In this document: positions 25,072 through 30,849 of the stretch, piece by piece
Position numbering within the stretch: position 1 is the first letter of the stretch
Layout: each line of letters starts with the position of its first letter
From: Verrucomicrobiota bacterium
Lineage (GTDB): Bacteria > Verrucomicrobiota > Verrucomicrobiia > Verrucomicrobiales > DEV007
Direction of reading: 5' to 3'
Assembly: GCA_045046875.1 (NCBI GenBank)
Contig: JASFYY010000094.1
Coordinates: forward strand, 1-30,849
Length of the DNA stretch: 30,849 bases
Notes under the pieces: generated by a model
Told to the model about the DNA's origin: nothing
What the model saw: the letters and a program-made list of their open reading frames with translations, nothing else
Database searches by the model: none
Translations under genes and position numbers: made by a program

Positions 25072-26310
25072 ATGACCCTCCTCCACAAATTGTTTTCCGT
25101 TCTAACTCTGGCCACCTTAGCCTGCGCCACCCCCACCTTTGCCGACGACAAAAAAATCCCCGAACCTTTCTCACAAATCGTCACCGTAGAGCCCATTGTG
25201 ATGGGGCAGCACAACGCTTTTGTCGGCATGACCATAGTCGGCGAAGTGATCTATATCTTTTACCGACACGATAAAACCCACGTCAGTGTGACTGGCGAGC
25301 TATGGGAACGGCACTCAAGTGACTACGGTCAAACCTGGAGCCAGGCCACCACCCTCTATACTGGAGAGCACCTCTTGGTTGATTACCCTGAAGTCCTGAA
25401 AAAAGACCCGCTTTCTAAAGCTGATACAAGGGACCCTAGAGCGGTGACCAGTCCTGACGGAAAATTCCTGATCGTCGCTTGTTTCGTAACTTTAGCTCAC
25501 CAAAAAAACGATGACCCTGACAGCAGCGACCCGGAAGATATCAACCGGCGCCACACAAATAAAATTCTAACCGTGACCCTGAAAATCCCAATCACAAAAG
25601 GGAGGCCTGATTTCAAAAATAAAAAAATTGCTGTTGTCGATAAAAAAACCAACAGCAGCCCGCTAACGGGGACTTTGTTTTACCATAAAGACAAATTATA
25701 CACCTCGACCTACGGCACCAGGACATCGTTCTTTGAATCTGCAGATGACGGAGAAACCTGGCAACGGGTTGGGCTTTGTTTTCAAGTCCCCTCACAGGGA
25801 GGTTCGGACGCCATCAGTGCCAATGAATCCACCACCACCATGGTCGGAGATATGATGGTATCTATTGCCCGGCCGCTGAAAAACAAATACGGTATTTATG
25901 CCAAAAGCACCGACAACGGACGGACCTGGGGTGATTATGCCAATTCTCCTGAAAGACTGGATGGCTTGCATGCCGTCACTTTAAATAATGGCAGGGTCGC
26001 CGTGATCGGCAGAAAAAACTCACTGCCAAGGGGCACCTTTTTATATGTTTTTAATTCTGCCGATTACTCACAAGAGGGCGAGTTATTCAAAGTCGCCGCC
26101 AATGGCTACAAGACCGGCATGGATAGAGGTTACCCTTCTATCATCAGACATCGCGATAAATTTTTTGTTGCTTGGTACGACGGAGAGCTCAATCCCGAGC
26201 CCAATCGCAACAAACACAACAGCACCGGTGTCTATTTCAGGCAATTGGACTACGACCCCCAAACTTACACCTTCAGTTACGGATCTCAAAAAACTGAACC
26301 CGTAAAGTAA
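25072..26310 (+). CDS. Secreted sialidase-like / BNR (Asp-box) beta-propeller protein
   Basis: Signal peptide (TFA|DD); Asp-boxes SSDYGQTW, SADDGETW, STDNGRTW; HNAF, DTRDP, ANEST and DRGYPSI motifs. Confidence 0.8.
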   Translation: MTLLHKLFSVLTLATLACATPTFADDKKIPEPFSQIVTVEPIVMGQHNAFVGMTIVGEVIYIFYRHDKTHVSVTGELWERHSSDYGQTWSQATTLYTGEHLLVDYPEVLKKDPLSKADTRDPRAVTSPDGKFLIVACFVTLAHQKNDDPDSSDPEDINRRHTNKILTVTLKIPITKGRPDFKNKKIAVVDKKTNSSPLTGTLFYHKDKLYTSTYGTRTSFFESADDGETWQRVGLCFQVPSQGGSDAISANESTTTMVGDMMVSIARPLKNKYGIYAKSTDNGRTWGDYANSPERLDGLHAVTLNNGRVAVIGRKNSLPRGTFLYVFNSADYSQEGELFKVAANGYKTGMDRGYPSIIRHRDKFFVAWYDGELNPEPNRNKHNSTGVYFRQLDYDPQTYTFSYGSQKTEPVK

Positions 26311-27392
26311 TGCTCAGCTCAGAACTATCAGAAAAATCCAGGGAAGCAATGAAAGTCCTATCTGCCGCCGAAAAAATCAGACGACTGGCTTTCCTGCTAC
26401 TGTCGTTCTCCTCCATCGCCCTTCTGCTGGGTCACTTATACCAAGTGGCTAATTTTCACACTCTTGGACTATGGCTTGGTCTGCCCTCCATGTTTGCATT
26501 GGTAGGGCTCTGGTGGCGGGGAAGGCAAAGTCATGACCAGGATTTCCTCCTCCGTTTAAAAGTTGGTTTCATTGGTGGATTGTGGGGCACCCTTGCTTAC
26601 GACCTTGTGCGAATTCCCCTGCACTGGGCTGGCCAGAATCCCTTCCCTCCAATCCGGGTTTATGGCATGTGGCTAGCCGGCGCCCACCACTCGACTCCCT
26701 GGACGGATTTACTGGGTTTTGCTTACCACTTCTCCAACGGCATTAGCTTTGGCTGGATTTATGCCCTGCTGATGTTGCGACGGCATTGGGGATGGGCGAT
26801 CGCATGGGGCTTGCTGCTCGAATGTCTTGCCATATTCACCGTATTCGGAGACATATTTAATATTCGCTACGCCCCGCAGGCAATGGTTTTGGCATTTGTG
26901 GCTCACCTTTTTTATGGTTACCCGCTGGGCGTGGCCTGCCAGAACCCCGAACGCTTACTGCAAAAAACAGTTCCCGTTTTTAGCCGTGCACGAGGCTGGA
27001 TCACGGTAGGGTTACTTGGTTTTTGTTTGGTGTGGTTCATCGCTGCCTGGCAACCGCTGGGAAAACAAGAGCCACTCGATCCCGGAGAAATCATTATCGG
27101 TCCAGGAGCAATTTATCCAGGATGTCTTGATGTCAAAGTCGGAACAGAGGTGAGGATACACAATACTCTGGATAATGAGGCACGACTGCGCTTGAGACGC
27201 CCTGACGGACTGTCGGGAGATGGAATCGAGATCATCATTGCAGCCAAAGCAAAGTCAACCGTCGCCATCAAAAACACCGGCCTTCATCAGATCATGTTGC
27301 CGGAAAGTGGCTGGCGCAGCATCGTGATCTTTGCTCATCGGGATGGGATGTATCGGCCGGAAAATAAAGAAACCCCTTCCTCAAACCCTTGA
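26310..27392 (+). CDS. Multi-pass membrane protein with C-terminal soluble beta-sandwich (cupredoxin-like, no copper ligands seen)
   Basis: About 6-7 hydrophobic segments including AYHFSNGISFG and VAHLFYG; C-terminal P..LDVKVGTEVRIHN; start overlaps the upstream stop (TAATG). Confidence 0.7.
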   Translation: MLSSELSEKSREAMKVLSAAEKIRRLAFLLLSFSSIALLLGHLYQVANFHTLGLWLGLPSMFALVGLWWRGRQSHDQDFLLRLKVGFIGGLWGTLAYDLVRIPLHWAGQNPFPPIRVYGMWLAGAHHSTPWTDLLGFAYHFSNGISFGWIYALLMLRRHWGWAIAWGLLLECLAIFTVFGDIFNIRYAPQAMVLAFVAHLFYGYPLGVACQNPERLLQKTVPVFSRARGWITVGLLGFCLVWFIAAWQPLGKQEPLDPGEIIIGPGAIYPGCLDVKVGTEVRIHNTLDNEARLRLRRPDGLSGDGIEIIIAAKAKSTVAIKNTGLHQIMLPESGWRSIVIFAHRDGMYRPENKETPSSNP

Positions 27393-27430
27393 TCCCACTG
27401 GCAGGAACCGACCAAAACCCTATCAGGGTT

Positions 27431-28189
27431 TTAGCTCCCAGTGGTCGCGCCGCACTTTCCACAAAATTTTGCATTCTCCCCCAGAGCTTGACCGCACGAG
27501 CAGCACTTTGAGATGTTTGAGCTGGGCTGCTCCCGACCAACCTTTTTCCCGCATTCCCCACAAAATGCTGCCTTTTCTCCCAATGTAGCACCACAGGAAA
27601 CACATTGATTCTTCTGGGGCTCGATTTTGTCCAAGAGCGAAAAAAAGAATTCAAGCTCCTGCTCGCTCGGGTTTTGTTGTTCAACGGATAAGTCGGAAGC
27701 ACACTCAAGGCATGGTTTACCTTGCGGAAAAGCGGGAGCTCCGCATTGAGGGCAAGATTCGAGACGAGTCCTGATTGGAGGATACCTCAACAGTCGTGTT
27801 CCGTCCTCCTTCGTCTCAACCATTCCGTGATGAATAATCCGTGTCAAAAGAGTTTCGGCACTCCGGGGATTAACGATCATTTCCGCAGCCAACAGAAATG
27901 CCCCCGTCGGAACCAAGGCAAAATCATCCATCAAAGCATATACCGTCCACCCACTCGGAAGCGGGCGAAAAAGACTGCTAGGGGTTCCTGCCACTGCATC
28001 CACAACTTGATCGGGTTGTTTTGCAAAAATGAGAAAATCGATCGCCAGATCAGGTGCTTGCAGCAGCCTGGCCGCTGCGTCACGTAAGGCTGATTCCGGT
28101 TGATAGCCCAGTGACGAAAATGCCAGCGCCACAGGAATCCACGGTTCATTCTCCAACGCTTCTTGCTGTTTTTTATTCAAAGTCATCAC
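27431..28189 (-). CDS. Protein with three C-terminal zinc ribbons (DZR-like) and an unknown N-terminal domain
   Basis: CPQC..CLEC, CVSC..FCGECG, CCSC..FCGKCG; start overlaps the upstream stop (ATGA at 28186-28189). Confidence 0.85.
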   Translation of the reverse strand: MMTLNKKQQEALENEPWIPVALAFSSLGYQPESALRDAAARLLQAPDLAIDFLIFAKQPDQVVDAVAGTPSSLFRPLPSGWTVYALMDDFALVPTGAFLLAAEMIVNPRSAETLLTRIIHHGMVETKEDGTRLLRYPPIRTRLESCPQCGAPAFPQGKPCLECASDLSVEQQNPSEQELEFFFSLLDKIEPQKNQCVSCGATLGEKAAFCGECGKKVGREQPSSNISKCCSCGQALGENAKFCGKCGATTGS

Positions 28190-30849
28190 CGGGTTGCATC
28201 CATTTTGTTTCTTTTTATGATCTTGATAAAACGTTGAACCATCTTTCGGTTCTCTGGTTTTCTGAGGTAATCCAAGAAGCCCTGAGGATCTGCTTTTACT
28301 TCCTTGATCGTTTGATAAGGCTGCGTCTGAGCCGGTTTCTGCGCCAATTTCTCAAAAAGATTCATCGTCGCAACCGCATCCCTTTCCCAATTCTCTCTCA
28401 TTTCCCTACTCACTTCAGCGCCAACTTTATCCGCAAAAGATTCTGCATCCGCTTCGTTATGCTGTAATAGGTATTTAATAGGATCGTCTTCGAATTCATG
28501 ATAATTTTCAGAATTAAGAGTAGACGCCATTCGTGCTTCAGGGGATTCCATCGGATTTGATGGATCATCCTGTTGTTGATGTTTTATTTCGTGGGCGAGA
28601 GTTTCAAGCACAGATCGAGGGTTTTCCCACAAATCGGAATCAGGGTTGATCGTAATTTCACCCGTTACGGAATCTGAGAGACCCAGCGCCATATTATCGC
28701 TCGTCCTCGGCCTGTTGGGATCGAGTTGCAGCCTAGGATCGTTTGAGCTTATGTTGATGGTCACGGTTTCCAAACCCAGCTCCTTGGCAATGATTGAAGC
28801 CGTCTCCTTGATGACTTTCTCACGATCGACTCGATTCAGTTTTTTCCAGTGACGAAACTTACGAATAATTCCTGGTTCATGACCATCTTTAAGCTCGATG
28901 GTTTCCCCAATAGCCTGAGCTCTATCACTATGATTATCAGCAGGTATCTCGGTTGAAAAAATCTTTACATTGGTAGTGTCATCCGATGTTCCTGTGATCC
29001 ACCCGATCGGGACTTTGCCTCCCGGATAATTTGGATTCACGATATCATCGCCATCCTCACTTACCTTCATGCCGTCAGACGATGCAGATCGTCCTTTGAT
29101 CCATTTGGCGACTTTCGGATCAATTTCCGTCGAAGCTGCGTGCTCTTCAACCGCAGGTTCTTGTGATGTTGATACCGAAACTCTTCGACGAACAGGCGGG
29201 CTAGTAGGTGGCGGCGTCCAAGCAACCCATTTCTCTCCTTCAGGGTCTTCTGACTCTCCCTTGTCACGTTCTCCTCTCTTGACGGTTTCCCTTCTGCCAC
29301 CTTCCAGGATCTCAGGCTGCCAGCGTTTTTTTGCTTTTGGTGATGATGACAATTCCGAAGTTTCCTTTTCCTCTGATTCTTCTACACCTTCATCGGACTC
29401 TACACCTTCACCTGACTCTTGTTTCCCCGGTTTCGACTCTTCACGCTTGGGCTTTTCAGCTTTCCGTAACGGCGGAGGTTTAGCTGACTCGCGTTTCTTT
29501 TTTGGGGAGGGCTTTGTCAGTGAAGGTGGAAGTGGTACTGCCTGAACCTCGTCACGAAAGGGATCCTCAGGGGTCCCACTCCCGTAAATCGGTCCTGTGC
29601 CATCAGGATTCGGCATGTAGGGAGGGCGATCCGCGTCAGGATAATCCCGGAACGGATCATCCTTCGTTCCCGTCCCATAGATCTGCCCGCCCCCCAGAGC
29701 TGCTCCAATCCCAGCAGCAGCTCCTGAAACAGCACTCTGAGCCACCATGGCGGGTCCGCCTTCTCCCATGAACTTTCCCAGAGGATCGTTTCCAAATTCG
29801 GTAAGCCCCATGTCGTCGGCCCATGAAGATTCGCCGGTTAGGAAAAAATAAATCGCTCCAGCAATCCACGGCAAAAAAACAGCTACCTTGCCTCCTATTT
29901 CCATGGGGCTGATCGGTTTGCCGGACAGCATCAACTGACGTATCACTGCTGGCACCGCTACCCACAGGGCAAGCGCCACAGGAAAAAACGGGGATGTTTT
30001 GGTCGGCAATACCAGGCAAAGGGGGAAATCACCCACATCGTTGAAGCCTCCTGAAAAGCTCACTGCAACAAAATGAATCACGCTTCCAGCGATTGACCAT
30101 TTCACAAAAGTCGAAAAACGAGCTTTGGCCAAACGCACAGGCAACAATAATAGTTGTTTGAAAGAAAATTCACCTTCTTTTGATAATAAGCCTGACTGTC
30201 CCTGGATTGCTAGCCAGACACCTTTCGCGGCATCTTTCAAACGCTTGCCAAAGAACTTCATATCACTCATCAGACCCCCGGCAAGTTTCAAATGCCCTAC
30301 TATCGTGCCCGAAGCCCGATCCCATCCTGCCTGTCGGGATTTGCCGAAAACGGACAAGCCGCTCAACATCACCAGTATCACTGGCACCAGCATTGCCAGC
30401 ATCGTTCCTTGACGATTCAATTCTCCTGCTCCGAACGACAACAAAAGGAACAGCGAAGGTATCCCCATTTTCACCAACCAGCGGCGGGCTAGCGCAACGG
30501 GTAAAGGAGGGCGCCCCGCAAGGTCAAAAACCGCCAGACCTGTTATTCGTTTGCCCGGAGTGTATCCAAAGATCACTTCAAGAAATCCGTAAGCCGCCAC
30601 CACAACTGGTGCGATCCAAGAAAGATTGTTTATTTGGGTCAATAATATTACAGCCGTTCCTGTCATGGCTCCGTCCAGTAAGCTGGCAACAAAACGGGAA
30701 CCGAACCCCACCCTCTTGTCAGTGGTAGTGATCGACACGGCTTTATTCGGTGCCGCTTGAGCAGAGGGGGCGCTTTCAGGCAGGCGATACCCACACGAGC
30801 CACAAAACTGTGCTTTTCCGGATATTTCAGTCTGACACTTAGGACACTT
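28186..30849 (-). CDS. Zinc-ribbon + RDD + TM + low-complexity linker + HExxH metallopeptidase-like protein; start outside the window
   Basis: The frame stays open upstream of 30738 to the edge (KCPKCQTEISGKAQFCGSCGYRL). RDD motifs: GFGSRFVASLLD, GYTPGKRITGL.V, RQAGWDRASGTIV. C-terminus has TLAHEIKHQQQ...YLLQHNEADAESFA. Confidence 0.82.
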   Translation of the reverse strand, partial: KCPKCQTEISGKAQFCGSCGYRLPESAPSAQAAPNKAVSITTTDKRVGFGSRFVASLLDGAMTGTAVILLTQINNLSWIAPVVVAAYGFLEVIFGYTPGKRITGLAVFDLAGRPPLPVALARRWLVKMGIPSLFLLLSFGAGELNRQGTMLAMLVPVILVMLSGLSVFGKSRQAGWDRASGTIVGHLKLAGGLMSDMKFFGKRLKDAAKGVWLAIQGQSGLLSKEGEFSFKQLLLLPVRLAKARFSTFVKWSIAGSVIHFVAVSFSGGFNDVGDFPLCLVLPTKTSPFFPVALALWVAVPAVIRQLMLSGKPISPMEIGGKVAVFLPWIAGAIYFFLTGESSWADDMGLTEFGNDPLGKFMGEGGPAMVAQSAVSGAAAGIGAALGGGQIYGTGTKDDPFRDYPDADRPPYMPNPDGTGPIYGSGTPEDPFRDEVQAVPLPPSLTKPSPKKKRESAKPPPLRKAEKPKREESKPGKQESGEGVESDEGVEESEEKETSELSSSPKAKKRWQPEILEGGRRETVKRGERDKGESEDPEGEKWVAWTPPPTSPPVRRRVSVSTSQEPAVEEHAASTEIDPKVAKWIKGRSASSDGMKVSEDGDDIVNPNYPGGKVPIGWITGTSDDTTNVKIFSTEIPADNHSDRAQAIGETIELKDGHEPGIIRKFRHWKKLNRVDREKVIKETASIIAKELGLETVTINISSNDPRLQLDPNRPRTSDNMALGLSDSVTGEITINPDSDLWENPRSVLETLAHEIKHQQQDDPSNPMESPEARMASTLNSENYHEFEDDPIKYLLQHNEADAESFADKVGAEVSREMRENWERDAVATMNLFEKLAQKPAQTQPYQTIKEVKADPQGFLDYLRKPENRKMVQRFIKIIKRNKMDATR
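29551..29689 (-). repeat. Coding repeat G.IYG.GT..DPFRD x2
   Basis: GQIYGTGTKDDPFRD and GPIYGSGTPEDPFRD, 30 aa apart. Confidence 0.75.

Noticed and set aside
30736..30738. GTG 30738 as the start of the RDD protein
   Set aside because: The frame remains open to the window edge and encodes a zinc ribbon, so the start is further upstream.

Overview
Bacterial chromosomal segment. The gene content (DUF1501, isochorismatase-ThuA fusion, GH75, SWIM-SNF2 ATPases) suggests the PVC superphylum, probably Verrucomicrobia; this is inference. Left arm (minus strand): a SNF2 ATPase followed by a MacAB-TolC-type ABC efflux operon (TolC, long periplasmic adaptor, ATPase, permease cut by the window edge). Divergent from it is a protein with a histone-H1-like PAKK-repeat tail fused to two AP2-like domains, with its own operator-like motifs and terminator. 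Middle: DUF1501, membrane-anchored GH75, cupin, PhoD lipoprotein, an AT-rich orphan, an 815-aa secreted protein with an internal duplication, a second SWIM-SNF2, a probably leaderless vapBC operon, DUF2237 and isochorismatase-ThuA. Right end, where the C-over-G skew appears to fade: an Asp-box sialidase-like protein, a membrane protein, and a zinc-ribbon/RDD/HExxH-peptidase protein overlapping a triple zinc-ribbon gene. The most unusual non-coding signal is a family of ATCCGCG tandem-unit intergenic repeats. Two inverted pairs occur, one enclosing a gene and one enclosing a short AT-rich ORF. Three copies carry a nested ~42-bp insert containing GNA-triloop mini-hairpins with compensatory stem changes. 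No rRNA, tRNA, CRISPR array or transposase was recognised.
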